64,000 nucleotides of DNA from an uncultured Bacillales bacterium (GCA_945929875.1 CAMEOO010000002.1:1813-65812); one strand, 5' to 3'; shown: positions 27,561-37,916, counted from the first letter of the stretch. The notes: a model not told the origin generated them from the letters alone. Numbers and translations are program-made.

Positions 27561-29405
27561 ATCGATGTAATATGAATAGCTAGTTTTCTTGTTGATACTA
27601 TTATAAAAAGTGATTCTTTTCATGTTTGAATCTGGCTCATAATAGATGTCGTTTTGACCTTCTGATAAACTATCAGCAATTTCTTTAAATAATGTTTTAG
27701 CGAGCTTTTTAGAAGTAATTTCTTTATTTTCATCATTACCGACATAAACTCCTATCGTATAGTTAGGATTAAAGCCAACTACCCAGTTAGTGCTATTAGT
27801 TGATCCACTTTTACCTCCGAATGTATGAGTGGTTTTATATGAGCATAAAGAAGGATAGGTATAACTTGCTAAAGAGGAGTCAAAAGGAGATTTTAAAAGG
27901 TGATTGATGATTAAAGTCTCGTGTGTGGATAATATTTTTTTAGATTTAGTCTTAACTTGATCTAATATTGTTTGATCTTGTAAACTTACTTTTTTGATAA
28001 AACTAGGCTTATAATAAGTTCCTTCACTAGCTAAAGCATTATACATGGAAGTTAATTCTAAAGGAGTAATTGATATCGAGCCTAAACCAAGGGTGGGATT
28101 AACTTCTTCACATTTAATGTTGAATTGTTCTAGTAGATTGCTTAATGAGGATGAACCGACAAGTAGTGTGGTTTTAATCGCGTAGATATTATCGCTTAGA
28201 GCCAAAGCTTCTACCATATTGATCTTTCTATTTGCGTAAAACCCTGAAGCATTCTTTGGCGAATATTCTCCGATTCCATCGATATTAAAGGTCGTCTCTT
28301 TACTATAGAATTTAGAAAGAGGAGTCATTCCATTTTTTAAACCAAGATAGTAGAGAAACGGCTTGATGGTTGAACCAATTTGCCTCTTGCTATATAAAGC
28401 CCGATTATATTCTGATTTATTAAAGTCAAATCCGCCGATTAAGGTAAGTATTTCGTTAGAATAAGGTTTCATTATTACAATAGCAATTTCGTCATTTTTT
28501 GCATTTTTTTGATGCTTTTTAACTATTTTATTTACTTTATTATAAACATTTATATCTAGATTAGATTGCACTTTGATTCCTTGTCGTAAATAGCTATCTT
28601 GATATAAGCCTAGTTCTTTAAGTTGAAGATTTATTCCTTCTTGATAGTACATTAAGTTTGAAGAAAATTCATCAAAGCGAAAAGAGAAATTTAAAGGTCT
28701 ATTTAGTTCTTTGTAATATTCTTCAACATTTAAAATATTATTTTCATAAAGTAGAGCTAAGATTTGTTGCTGCTTTTTTATCGAGGAAGAATAGTTGATG
28801 TCAGGAGATAAATTATTTGGAGAAGAAATTATTCCTACTAGAAGAGCGGATTCGCTAAAATTTAATTCAATTGGTTTTTTGTTAAAGTAATAAGAAGAAG
28901 CTAAAAAGATTCCATAGATATTGTGAGAGAAATAACAATTATTAATATACATTTCTAATATTTCCTTTTTTGTATATTTTTCTTCAATCTTTTTTGCATA
29001 AATCGCTTCTTTAAATTTCCTAGAATATGTCTTTGAATTATCTAAATAGGCCATTTTTGCTACTTGCTGAGTAATGGTTGAACCTCCTTGAGTAATTCTA
29101 TTAGATTTAAAATTTTCAAAAAAACTTTTCCCAATCCTTAAATAATCAAGTCCTTTATGGGAATAGAACCTCTTATCTTCCACTTCGACGATCGTTGTTA
29201 TAAATTCATTGCTAACCTCTTCTAATGTGACATAATTTGAAATGTTAGATTTAAGCAATGAATAGATATGCTGATCATTTTTATCGTCGATTTCAATTTC
29301 GTAAAGGTGATTTAAATATATGCTAGGCGATAATAAGAAAATAAGAAAATAGCCCGTTAATAAAAAAACTAATAAAAAAATGCTTATTTTGAAAAACTTT
29401 TTCAT
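27552..29405 (-). CDS. Class A penicillin-binding protein (glycosyltransferase + transpeptidase)
   Basis: GT51 motifs VEDKRFYSHKGLD and GGSTITQQ. Transpeptidase motifs STIKP (SxxK), SDN and KSGST. ATG 29405 follows GAGGTGA; I reject the ORF-track start at 29462. Confidence 0.9.
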   Translation of the reverse strand: MKKFFKISIFLLVFLLTGYFLIFLLSPSIYLNHLYEIEIDDKNDQHIYSLLKSNISNYVTLEEVSNEFITTIVEVEDKRFYSHKGLDYLRIGKSFFENFKSNRITQGGSTITQQVAKMAYLDNSKTYSRKFKEAIYAKKIEEKYTKKEILEMYINNCYFSHNIYGIFLASSYYFNKKPIELNFSESALLVGIISSPNNLSPDINYSSSIKKQQQILALLYENNILNVEEYYKELNRPLNFSFRFDEFSSNLMYYQEGINLQLKELGLYQDSYLRQGIKVQSNLDINVYNKVNKIVKKHQKNAKNDEIAIVIMKPYSNEILTLIGGFDFNKSEYNRALYSKRQIGSTIKPFLYYLGLKNGMTPLSKFYSKETTFNIDGIGEYSPKNASGFYANRKINMVEALALSDNIYAIKTTLLVGSSSLSNLLEQFNIKCEEVNPTLGLGSISITPLELTSMYNALASEGTYYKPSFIKKVSLQDQTILDQVKTKSKKILSTHETLIINHLLKSPFDSSLASYTYPSLCSYKTTHTFGGKSGSTNSTNWVVGFNPNYTIGVYVGNDENKEITSKKLAKTLFKEIADSLSEGQNDIYYEPDSNMKRITFYNSINKKTSYSYYIDKN

Positions 29406-29548
29406 TTTAATCACCTCAAATATAAGTATTAGAAAAATGCTTATTTTTATACTTTTTATCATGCATAAATATTAAATATTTATGAAAAACGATAACTTAG
29501 TCTTTTATTTGATAAAAGGTTATTATATAATCACCTTTGGTGATATAG

Positions 29549-29977
29549 ATGGCGAATCTTTTGTCAAAATTAAAACTTCATGTAAAAGATTATTCAACTA
29601 ATGAAGAAGCTGAAGAACATTTCTTCGGAGAAGTAGTTTCATTAGACTTTGATTTAAAAACTAACCTTTATCGTTTTTTTAATGAAGAATCGGGAGCTTT
29701 AATGATTTCAATTGATTTTTCAAAAGATAAAGTTATCATTCAAGAAAGAAATTCCAATGTTAATTTATATTTGGAACTAGAAGAAAACGCCACATCAAAA
29801 TGCATTTATAAATTTGATGAAAAAACGAACCTAGAATTATCCACAAAAACTCATAAAATAGAAATTCTAGAAGATCATATCATCTTAGATTACGATTTGT
29901 TTAATCCAAATGATTTGAATCAACCATTGACTAGAAATACAGTAGAAATAAATTGCGAGGTAGAAAAAGCATGTTAG
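29549..29977 (+). CDS. DUF1934 (YwiB-like) protein
   Basis: 142 aa and immediately upstream of, and overlapping, argS. This is the ywiB-argS arrangement of B. subtilis. Confidence 0.6.
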   Translation: MANLLSKLKLHVKDYSTNEEAEEHFFGEVVSLDFDLKTNLYRFFNEESGALMISIDFSKDKVIIQERNSNVNLYLELEENATSKCIYKFDEKTNLELSTKTHKIEILEDHIILDYDLFNPNDLNQPLTRNTVEINCEVEKAC

Positions 29978-31602
29978 ATATCGAACTAAAATTAAAAGAA
30001 TTGATTAAGGAAGGACTTTTAAATTTACAAGTTGAGGTTTCTTTAGACTCAATTGTAATTGAAAGGTGCAAAGATAAAAATAATGGCGATTACGCTTCAA
30101 CAATCGCTCTTCAACTTGCTAAGTCTCTTCATAAATCTCCAAGAGAAATTGCTACTAGCTTAGTATCATACCTCAATGCAGATTTTATTTTAAAAATAGA
30201 AATAGCAGGGCCAGGATTTATCAATTTCTTTGTTAAAAGCACCTCACTTTCTTCCGTGATTAAAACGATTGTTACTCAAGATGAACATTATGGTGAGTCA
30301 AATGAAAAACACGAAGAAAAAATCAATGTTGAATTCGTTTCGGCAAATCCTACTGGAGATTTACATTTAGGCCACGCTAGAGGGGCGGCCATTGGCGATA
30401 GCATTTGTAGATTATATAAGAAGGCTGGATATAATGTAACAAGAGAATATTACGTTAACGATGCGGGTAATCAAATTAATAATTTAGCTAAATCTTTGAG
30501 AGTAAGATACCATCAACTATTAGATGATAATTCTCTAGAATTACCTGAAGATGGTTATCATGGAGAAGACTTAATTGCAATCGCTAAAGTTATGGTTAAT
30601 GAAGTTGGCGACAAATACTTAAAAGATAGCGATGAAGCATTTAACTATTTTAAAACTAGAGGAACGGAATTAGAACTTCAAAAGTTAATAAGAGATTTAA
30701 AAGATTTTAGGGTAACATTTGATGTCTTCACTAGCGAATTAGCTATTAGAAATGCTGGAAAAGTTGAAAAAGTCCTTGAAGAGTTAAAACCGTATATTTA
30801 TGAAAAAGACAATGCAACTTTCTTAAGAACAACCCAAATAAGTGATGATAAAGATCGAGTGTTAATTAAAAGCGATGGGGCATATACTTACTTACTTCCT
30901 GACATTGCTTATCATCAAGACAAGCTTCAAAGAGGATTTGATAAATTGATTGATTGCTTAGGAGCCGATCATCACGGCTACATCGAAAGAATGAAATCTA
31001 GTTTAGTGATGCTTGGATATTCAAAAGATGCTTTAGATATCGAGCTTATTCAAATGGTTCGTTTGTTCAAAGATGGGCAAGAATATAAGATGAGCAAGAG
31101 AACTGGAAATGCAGTCAGCATGAAGGAACTTTGCGATGAAGTAGGAGTTGACGCTGTAAGATATTTCTTTGTATCGAGAGCTTCTTCTTCTCACCTTGAT
31201 TTCGATTTAGATTTAGCAAGTAAGATGGAATCATCTAATCCAGTCTATTACGCTCAATACGCTCACGCTAGACTTTGCGCCGTGCTAGAAAAGGGTAAAT
31301 CTTATCAACTTGATTATGAAGGTAAAAACTTAACGCATGAAAAAGAGACGAGCCTATTAAAAATTCTTGTTGACTTCCCTAAAGAAGTTAAGCAAAGCGC
31401 TGAGTTAAGAGCACCATATAAAATGACAAATTACATTCAAAAATTAGCTACTGCAATTCATGAATTTTATACGGAATGTAGAGTGATTGATGAAAATAAT
31501 AAGGAATTAACTTCATCTCGTCTAGCTTTAGCGGATGCAAGTAGAATAGTAATGAGAAATGCACTTGATTTAATTGGAGTAAGCGCTCCAGAAAAAATGT
31601 AA
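29971..31602 (+). CDS. argS: Arginine--tRNA ligase
   Basis: HIGH-type SANPTGDLHLGHARG, MSKRTG, C-terminal anticodon-binding domain. I prefer ATG 29971 over the ORF-track start at 29953. Confidence 0.95.
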   Translation: MLDIELKLKELIKEGLLNLQVEVSLDSIVIERCKDKNNGDYASTIALQLAKSLHKSPREIATSLVSYLNADFILKIEIAGPGFINFFVKSTSLSSVIKTIVTQDEHYGESNEKHEEKINVEFVSANPTGDLHLGHARGAAIGDSICRLYKKAGYNVTREYYVNDAGNQINNLAKSLRVRYHQLLDDNSLELPEDGYHGEDLIAIAKVMVNEVGDKYLKDSDEAFNYFKTRGTELELQKLIRDLKDFRVTFDVFTSELAIRNAGKVEKVLEELKPYIYEKDNATFLRTTQISDDKDRVLIKSDGAYTYLLPDIAYHQDKLQRGFDKLIDCLGADHHGYIERMKSSLVMLGYSKDALDIELIQMVRLFKDGQEYKMSKRTGNAVSMKELCDEVGVDAVRYFFVSRASSSHLDFDLDLASKMESSNPVYYAQYAHARLCAVLEKGKSYQLDYEGKNLTHEKETSLLKILVDFPKEVKQSAELRAPYKMTNYIQKLATAIHEFYTECRVIDENNKELTSSRLALADASRIVMRNALDLIGVSAPEKM

Positions 31603-31616
31603 GAGGAGGAATATTT

Positions 31617-32033
31617 ATGAAAAAATCATTATTAGATGTCGCTTATGAAGTAATAAGCAATAGTAAAAACCCAATATTTTTTCAAGATCTTTGGGTAAAA
31701 GTAAACCAAGAAGAAGGGGAAAATCCAGAAGATAAACAAGGAAAAATCGGTAAATTTTATACTGCTTTATTAACTGATGGAAGATTTGTTAATCTTGGAG
31801 ATAACAATTGGGATTTAAGAGAAAAATATACTTTTGATAAAGTTCACATTGATATGAGCGATTGCTATACTGATGAAGATGATGAAGGCGATTATAAAAA
31901 TCCAGAAGATCTTCTTGTTGAAAAAGAGGATGAAGAACTTTATAAAGAAGAAGAAAATGAAGAAAATTCTGACGAAGAAGACGATGAAGATTCTGAATAT
32001 GAAAGCGAAGAAGAATCTGATGACGAGCTATAG
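31617..32033 (+). CDS. rpoE: RNA polymerase delta subunit
   Basis: N-terminal HARE-HTH-like domain (LLDVAYEVI...FQDLWVKV) and a long Asp/Glu-rich C-terminal tail. Confidence 0.85.
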   Translation: MKKSLLDVAYEVISNSKNPIFFQDLWVKVNQEEGENPEDKQGKIGKFYTALLTDGRFVNLGDNNWDLREKYTFDKVHIDMSDCYTDEDDEGDYKNPEDLLVEKEDEELYKEEENEENSDEEDDEDSEYESEEESDDEL

Positions 32034-32093
32034 TCAACTTCTTCTTAAAGTGATATAATATTGTTGTTTAGTATTAGGAGGTATAAAAATACT

Positions 32094-32951
32094 ATGGCAC
32101 TAGTTTCTATGAAAGAAATGCTTATTAAAGCAAGAGAAGGACATTACGCAGTAGGTCAATTCAATATCAATAACCTTGAATGGACAGGCGCTATTCTTGA
32201 TAAATGTCAAGAATTACAAGCACCAGTTATCTTAGGAGTCTCTGAAGGAGCAATGAGATATATGGGTGGTTGGAATACAATCGTTGGAATGGTAAGAGGA
32301 TATATTATCGATAAAAATATTACAGTTCCAGTTGCATTACACTTAGATCACGGCTCATCTTTTGAAAACTGCAAAGCGGCTATCGATGCTGGATTTACTT
32401 CAGTTATGATCGATGCTTCTCATCACGCATTTGAAGAAAACATTGAAATTACTAACAAAGTAGTTGAATATGCTCATTTAAGAGGAGCTTCCGTTGAAGC
32501 TGAACTTGGCAAAGTAGGCGGACAAGAAGATGACGTTGTCGCAGAAACGATGTATGCAGATAAGAATGAATGTAAAATCTTAGTTGATAGAACTCATATC
32601 GACGCTTTAGCACCAGCTCTTGGATCAGTTCATGGACCATATCATGGTGAACCAAAACTTGGTTTTAAAGAAATGGCAGAAATCAATGAATTATTACAAA
32701 TGCCTTTAGTTTTACACGGAGGATCTGGAATTCCTGATGAACAATTAAGAAAAGCAATTGATCGAGGAACCGCGAAAATTAATGTCAATACAGAATGTCA
32801 AATTGCTTGGGCTAGCAAGGTTAGAGAAGTGATCGCTAACGATGCAAAAGTTTACGATCCACGTAAAGTAATTGGACCTGGTAAAAAAGCAATTGGCGAA
32901 GTAGTTGAAGCTAAATGCAAAGTATTCGGATGCATTGGTAAAGCATTCTAG
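32094..32951 (+). CDS. fba: Class II fructose-bisphosphate aldolase
   Basis: [11 protein letters not shown]-terminus, [21 protein letters not shown] 32094 follows AGGAGG. Confidence 0.95.
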   Translation: MALVSMKEMLIKAREGHYAVGQFNINNLEWTGAILDKCQELQAPVILGVSEGAMRYMGGWNTIVGMVRGYIIDKNITVPVALHLDHGSSFENCKAAIDAGFTSVMIDASHHAFEENIEITNKVVEYAHLRGASVEAELGKVGGQEDDVVAETMYADKNECKILVDRTHIDALAPALGSVHGPYHGEPKLGFKEMAEINELLQMPLVLHGGSGIPDEQLRKAIDRGTAKINVNTECQIAWASKVREVIANDAKVYDPRKVIGPGKKAIGEVVEAKCKVFGCIGKAF

Positions 32952-32964
32952 AAAATATAATTAT

Positions 32965-32991
32965 AGGAGTCCAATAGGACTCTTATTTTTT
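32965..32991 (+). terminator. Rho-independent terminator after fba
   Basis: Stem gagtcc/ggactc with loop aata, followed by TTATTTTTT. Confidence 0.6.
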
Positions 32992-33056
32992 CACTTCATC
33001 CTCTCTAAAAAAGAAAGGAAAGCTATATTGTTAGGATGAGATATAGCATAGTAAAA

Positions 33057-33992
33057 ATGTATAAAGAAATATGGAATAGAATTAAAAGCTATGATTCGAT
33101 TGTAATCTTTGGTCACATCAATCCTGATGGAGATTGCTATGGATCACAAATTGGGCTAAAGAATGCAATTTTAGATAACTTTCAAGACAAAAAAGTATTT
33201 ATAGTAGGAACTGGCTACCCTAAACTTTTTTCGTTAATGGGAAGTTTAGATCAAGTAGATGATGACACGATAAAAAACTCTTTAGCAATCGTAGTCGATA
33301 CTTCAAATCAAGATCGAGTGGAAGATCAAAGATTTAAGTTAGCGTTAGATGTAATTAAAATTGACCATCACATCGCTCAAGAACATTTTGGAAACCCTGA
33401 ATTAGTGGACACCAATAAAATATCTTGTACAGAATTAATAACTAATATTCTATTAGAAAATGGCGCTATTATTACAAAAGAAGCAGCATTAGGATTATTT
33501 TTAGGATTAGTTACTGATTCGGGAAGATTTTTATTTCAACCAATTAAATCTTCTACTTATTTAATTGCTAGTAAATTAGTTGATACAGGAATCGATTGCC
33601 AAACTTTGTATGACGTGTTATATGAAGTTGAAGAAAAGATGCTTCGCTTTAAAGGATATGTTTATTCAAATTATAAGAAAACCAAAGAGAATGTCGTCTT
33701 TTTAGTGCTTTCAAAAGAAACATTAAAAAAGTTAGATGTCGATTATAACCTTGCTGCTTCCCAAGTTAATTCGATTGCAAATATTAAAGGAAGTCCAGCT
33801 TGGGTATTTTTCTCAGAAAGTCCAACAGGAATGGTAAGAGTAGAACTTAGAAGTAAAGATATTAACGTTCAAGAAGTAGCCTCCACTTTTAATGGAGGAG
33901 GCCACCTTCACGCATCTGGATGTCGACTTGATGCTTTAGAAGATTATAAATACGTCTTAGAAGTATTAGACAAAAAAGCTAGAGGTAATTAA
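33057..33992 (+). CDS. nrnA: DHH/DHHA1 phosphoesterase (NrnA-like oligoribonuclease / pAp phosphatase)
   Basis: HINPDGDCYGS, VVDTS, IDHHI, GGGHLHASG. Start is uncertain: 33036 or 33057. The latter matches NrnA N-terminal length. Confidence 0.8.
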   Translation: MYKEIWNRIKSYDSIVIFGHINPDGDCYGSQIGLKNAILDNFQDKKVFIVGTGYPKLFSLMGSLDQVDDDTIKNSLAIVVDTSNQDRVEDQRFKLALDVIKIDHHIAQEHFGNPELVDTNKISCTELITNILLENGAIITKEAALGLFLGLVTDSGRFLFQPIKSSTYLIASKLVDTGIDCQTLYDVLYEVEEKMLRFKGYVYSNYKKTKENVVFLVLSKETLKKLDVDYNLAASQVNSIANIKGSPAWVFFSESPTGMVRVELRSKDINVQEVASTFNGGGHLHASGCRLDALEDYKYVLEVLDKKARGN

Positions 33993-33993
33993 G

Positions 33994-34776
33994 ATGTTTG
34001 AAAAAGAACTAGAAGCGATGATAGAAGCTAGTAAAATAGCTAGAGAAAAGATCCTAGAAATATATCATCAAGATTTTAAAGTAGAAATAAAAAATGATGA
34101 CTCTCCAGTCACTCTAGCCGATAAAAATGCAGATAAAATCATTAGAGAATACTTAGGTAATCTATTTCCTAGTTATGGTTTTTTAACCGAAGAGAGCGAT
34201 GATGATTTATCAAGGTTAGATAAAGATTACGTATTTGTTGTTGATCCAGTTGATGGAACTAAAGATTTCGTTGCCAAAGACGATCAATTTACGACAAATA
34301 TCGGTTTAGTCTATAAGCATGAAGTAGTATGTGGAGTTGTATCTATTCCAGCGACAAACGAGATTTACTTTGCAATTAAAAATCAAGGTGCTTATTATCA
34401 AAAAGATGAAGAAAAAGCTATTAAAATTCACGCTAATGATAAATTAGATAACTTAACTATTTTAACTTCTCATTTTCATACTACAAAAGAAGAATTAGAA
34501 ATAATTGAAAAAAATAAAGGCCGAATTGCAAAAGTAGAAAAAGTAGGCTCTTCCTTAAAGGCTTGTAGAATTGCTCATGGACTAGCCGAACTTTCTTATA
34601 GATTAAGTCCTAATACAAAGGAATGGGACACAGCTGCGAGTCAGATTATAGTAACTGAAGCAGGAGGAATTTTTGCTGAACCTGACTTAACCCCAATTAA
34701 ATATAATCGAAAAGATGTATATAATAAAAAAGGATTTATCATTTTAAATCGAAAAGAAAATTTATTCATTAAATAA
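33994..34776 (+). CDS. Inositol monophosphatase-family phosphatase (CysQ/SuhB-like)
   Basis: Metal-binding blocks FLTEESDD, VVDPVDGT and WDTAAS. Confidence 0.8.
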   Translation: MFEKELEAMIEASKIAREKILEIYHQDFKVEIKNDDSPVTLADKNADKIIREYLGNLFPSYGFLTEESDDDLSRLDKDYVFVVDPVDGTKDFVAKDDQFTTNIGLVYKHEVVCGVVSIPATNEIYFAIKNQGAYYQKDEEKAIKIHANDKLDNLTILTSHFHTTKEELEIIEKNKGRIAKVEKVGSSLKACRIAHGLAELSYRLSPNTKEWDTAASQIIVTEAGGIFAEPDLTPIKYNRKDVYNKKGFIILNRKENLFIK

Positions 34777-34812
34777 AAATTAATACGCATATATTTACTT
34801 AGAGGTAACTAG

Positions 34813-35511
34813 ATGCGTATTTCTTTTTTAACTAGAGTAACTTTTACATTAATTATTTTAATCACTAGCGTCTCTTTCTTTTTTTCTTATATAAAAAAAG
34901 GAGTTAATGAAACTTATGAATCTCTAGCTCTAGTTCAATCTAAAAGTTTAGTGACTAGAATTGTTAATCAAGTGGTATTTGATCGTTTACAGACAAGCGA
35001 TTTTAACATTAGTTATTCAAAAGAAGAATACGTGAGTTATGATGTAAATCAATTAAATTCTTTAGTAGGTAGTTTATCTTCTTATGTCGTTAATGTTTTA
35101 GAAAACATTAATAATAGCGATTATTCTTCTTTGATGGATTCTTCATTACAAAAGAAATACAATTGCTCAGGAATAGTTTTTGAAATGGAATTTGGAAAAA
35201 TTTACAATAGCATTTTCTTTTCATTTCTAGGAAATAAATATCCGGTTAAGTTTACTCTTGCTAGCGATGTTCTAGCTAGTAGCGATATGGTTGTTGAAGA
35301 GTTTGGAATCAACAATGCTTTAGTTAGTTTAAATATGCTTCTTTCTTTTGATTTTTCTTTGATTTTGCCTCTTACGAAGAAATTAGACAAGATTGATATA
35401 AAGATTCCTTTAAGCATCATGATGATTGAAGGAGAAGTTCCTTCTTATTTATTTGGAAGCCATTATATTGAAGGAGCATCTTCTTATGTAATTGAGGTGG
35501 AAGAAATATGA
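34813..35511 (+). CDS. Membrane-anchored protein, possibly sporulation protein YunB-like
   Basis: A single N-terminal TM helix and a size (232 aa) like YunB, in a yutH/yutI-like neighbourhood. No diagnostic motif seen. Confidence 0.35.
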   Translation: MRISFLTRVTFTLIILITSVSFFFSYIKKGVNETYESLALVQSKSLVTRIVNQVVFDRLQTSDFNISYSKEEYVSYDVNQLNSLVGSLSSYVVNVLENINNSDYSSLMDSSLQKKYNCSGIVFEMEFGKIYNSIFFSFLGNKYPVKFTLASDVLASSDMVVEEFGINNALVSLNMLLSFDFSLILPLTKKLDKIDIKIPLSIMMIEGEVPSYLFGSHYIEGASSYVIEVEEI

Positions 35512-36389
35512 AAAGCTTTATCTATGATGTATATGGTTATCTTCTTGATAAAGATGAACAAGAGTTTTTATATGATGGCTTTAAATTCGTCGTGGAAAGA
35601 AATACGAAAAATCCACTTGAGACTGAAGAGATGAACGCGTTTATTATTTCTTTATCATCATCTTTATATAATAAAAAAGCCTATATAGTCCCTACTCGCG
35701 ATGATAAATTGATTGCTATGTCAGAATTCAAAGAAGTATCTCTTGTTGGTGTGGAAGTTTTTAATGTAACCTTTAATGATGTATTAAAGATGCATCAAGA
35801 TAATATGAGAATGGATGATAAAGTAAAATTATCCTCTATTAAAAATCGATGGATTGATAAAGTTAATTTCATTGAAGAGAAAGTTATACCATCGATAAAG
35901 GTTGAAGATTACTATTATCAAATGCTCATCATTTGTGTAATTCATTCTATAGGAATGGCTAATAATGCAATTAGCTATCTGCAAGATACAATCATTGATT
36001 TTGGGGATAATGTGAAAATCACAACTTTAACTCATAAAAGGTTATCGCTAAATTCATACGATTTACTTAATCCATTTAATCTAATAGTCGATTCTCCTTT
36101 AAGAGACATTGCTGAACTATATAAGAATGAAGAAATAGATGATCAAGAATTAATCTCTTATTTTATTAGTAATAATGTTAACCCAAAAGAAGTGAGCATC
36201 TTTTTTGCTAGATTACTATATCCGACAAAAATTTTTGATCTTTTAGAAAAGAATTATCAAAAAAGAGGAGATATAATAGAAGGAATCTCCACTTATTTTA
36301 ATAATGTAGATAAAATGATGTCTAGAATAAAAAAAATCCATAATTATCTTGTAGAAAATTATGGAATTAGAAAATTAACTTGGCTTTAA
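35508..36389 (+). CDS. Hypothetical protein, possibly a degenerate CotS/YutH-like kinase fold
   Basis: LTHKRLSLNSYDLLNP ... VDSPLRDIAELY resembles the HGDxxxxN / IDFD...DLA blocks of CotS-family proteins, but the catalytic Asp residues are replaced. ATGA overlap with the upstream gene. Confidence 0.3.
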   Translation: MKSFIYDVYGYLLDKDEQEFLYDGFKFVVERNTKNPLETEEMNAFIISLSSSLYNKKAYIVPTRDDKLIAMSEFKEVSLVGVEVFNVTFNDVLKMHQDNMRMDDKVKLSSIKNRWIDKVNFIEEKVIPSIKVEDYYYQMLIICVIHSIGMANNAISYLQDTIIDFGDNVKITTLTHKRLSLNSYDLLNPFNLIVDSPLRDIAELYKNEEIDDQELISYFISNNVNPKEVSIFFARLLYPTKIFDLLEKNYQKRGDIIEGISTYFNNVDKMMSRIKKIHNYLVENYGIRKLTWL

Positions 36390-36390
36390 T

Positions 36391-36633
36391 TTATTTATTA
36401 GGCTTTTGGTCTACTGATAAAACTTCCATTACTCCTGGAACTTCTTCTTTTAAAATCACCGCTACACCAGAAGATAATGTATCATCGATTAAACTGCAGC
36501 CTTCACAAGCTCCAACCATTTTTACATAGACGATTCCATCGATAAATGAATCGAATATCACATCTCCGCCATCTCTTTGAATGAATGGGCGGATTTTATC
36601 TAAAGTCATTTCAATTTGTTCTTCAATAGTCAT
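36391..36633 (-). CDS. NifU-like Fe-S cluster carrier (YutI/Nfu-type)
   Basis: IRPFIQRDGGD and GACEGCS motifs. I prefer ATG 36633 (MTIEEQIE) over the ORF-track start at 36663. Confidence 0.85.
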   Translation of the reverse strand: MTIEEQIEMTLDKIRPFIQRDGGDVIFDSFIDGIVYVKMVGACEGCSLIDDTLSSGVAVILKEEVPGVMEVLSVDQKPNK

Positions 36634-36723
36634 TTTGATTACCTCGAAAGATATTATATACATTTAGTAAGTATTTAACTAGTTTTTTTTAAATATTGAT
36701 TATTTTAAGTGAGATTTTTTCAA

Positions 36724-37881
36724 TTATTTAAACGTGTCTAAATCAAAACTATAAAAGACTTTTTTTCCAAACGGTTGTTTTTTTATACAATAATGATTCT
36801 TAAATTTGTTTAATGCATAGATGATTGTCCTTCTACTAGATTTACTATAAATAATTAATTCTTCCATCGATATTCCATAAATTGACAATTTGCTTGCACT
36901 TAGTAAGATTTTAAAAATTAATTGTTCTTTTTTGGTATATTTATTATTTTGAACATACATGTCCAAGTATTCTTTTTGACTAGATAATTCTTTGATAGAC
37001 TCTTCAATTTTTTTTGATAGTAAAGATATGCATTCTTCAATATATTCATTGATGCACCCACCTTGATCATAGGACCTTCCCACCTCTAACGCTTTATAGT
37101 ATTTTTCTTTATTAGAAGCAAAAGCGTTTGAAACAGTAAGACCTAAGATATATTCTTTCTCCTTCATAAGTAATAAGGAAAATAAATATCGACCTAATCT
37201 ACCGTTTCCGTCGTAAAATGGATGAATAGTTTCAAACATAAAATGGGAAATCAATCCTCTTAACAAATAATTGATTTCCTTATTGTTATAGATTTTTATA
37301 AATTCTTCAAGGCCGAGAATAATCTTTTCTTCATTAGAAAAACCTTTATGAACAATAGAGATGCCATTGGTAATATCCACGCTATTTTTTCGAAATAAAT
37401 GGCCATCTGGATAATCATCTTTAGAATCTAATGTTGGAAGAATGATTTTGTCATATGCTTCTCTAATAGATTTTAAAGAATTGATCTGAAAATAATTTGA
37501 ATAGGAACGATAAGCATTAAGTAAGGACTTTATTTTTTTGCTATTTTTGTTTTCACTTTCGATTTTATTCATCAAATAAACTATATCATGCCTAGTTGAG
37601 TAGATATTTTCTATTTCATTAGTTGATTTAAGTTCACAAATCAAATATGATTGAATAATTTGATTCTTTGAAAAGTCATCAAAGGAATTAAAAAAAGAAA
37701 TGAATATATCGATTTTTTTATCTAGTTCGTAGATTTTTTCAACTATATTAACTGTAGGATAATAAAAGTAACCTCTATCAAAAGAAAAAAAGTTAATAGT
37801 GCTTTTTTCATTCTTTAGTGATGCTATTTTATTGTTAAATTCTAATTGCGATAGATTGTGAAAGTCTTTTTTTAGATTCAT
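36724..37881 (-). CDS. Fic-family protein, class II (N-terminal inhibitory helix) with a C-terminal winged HTH
   Basis: Fic motif HPFYDGNGRLGR and inhibitory-motif match TNEIEN [(S/T)xxxE(G/N)] upstream of the core. The C-terminal segment (ISMEELIIYSKSSRRTIIYALNKF) is wHTH-like. ATG 37881 lies 9 nt after AGGAG. Confidence 0.9.
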   Translation of the reverse strand: MNLKKDFHNLSQLEFNNKIASLKNEKSTINFFSFDRGYFYYPTVNIVEKIYELDKKIDIFISFFNSFDDFSKNQIIQSYLICELKSTNEIENIYSTRHDIVYLMNKIESENKNSKKIKSLLNAYRSYSNYFQINSLKSIREAYDKIILPTLDSKDDYPDGHLFRKNSVDITNGISIVHKGFSNEEKIILGLEEFIKIYNNKEINYLLRGLISHFMFETIHPFYDGNGRLGRYLFSLLLMKEKEYILGLTVSNAFASNKEKYYKALEVGRSYDQGGCINEYIEECISLLSKKIEESIKELSSQKEYLDMYVQNNKYTKKEQLIFKILLSASKLSIYGISMEELIIYSKSSRRTIIYALNKFKNHYCIKKQPFGKKVFYSFDLDTFK

Positions 37882-37916
37882 TATTATCAACTCCTATTAT
37901 TATTATAATAATTTTA

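Noticed and set aside
25563-29970. T-box leaders upstream of gltX or argS
   Set aside because: gltX starts 2 nt after ispF, and argS overlaps the DUF1934 gene. There is no room for a leader of about 200 nt, and no specifier/T-box sequence was seen.
31789-32058. ORFs 31789-32037 (-) and 31873-32058 (+) over the 3' end of rpoE
   Set aside because: They are products of the GAA/GAT-rich acidic-tail repeat of the delta subunit gene. They are low-complexity and have no independent signals.
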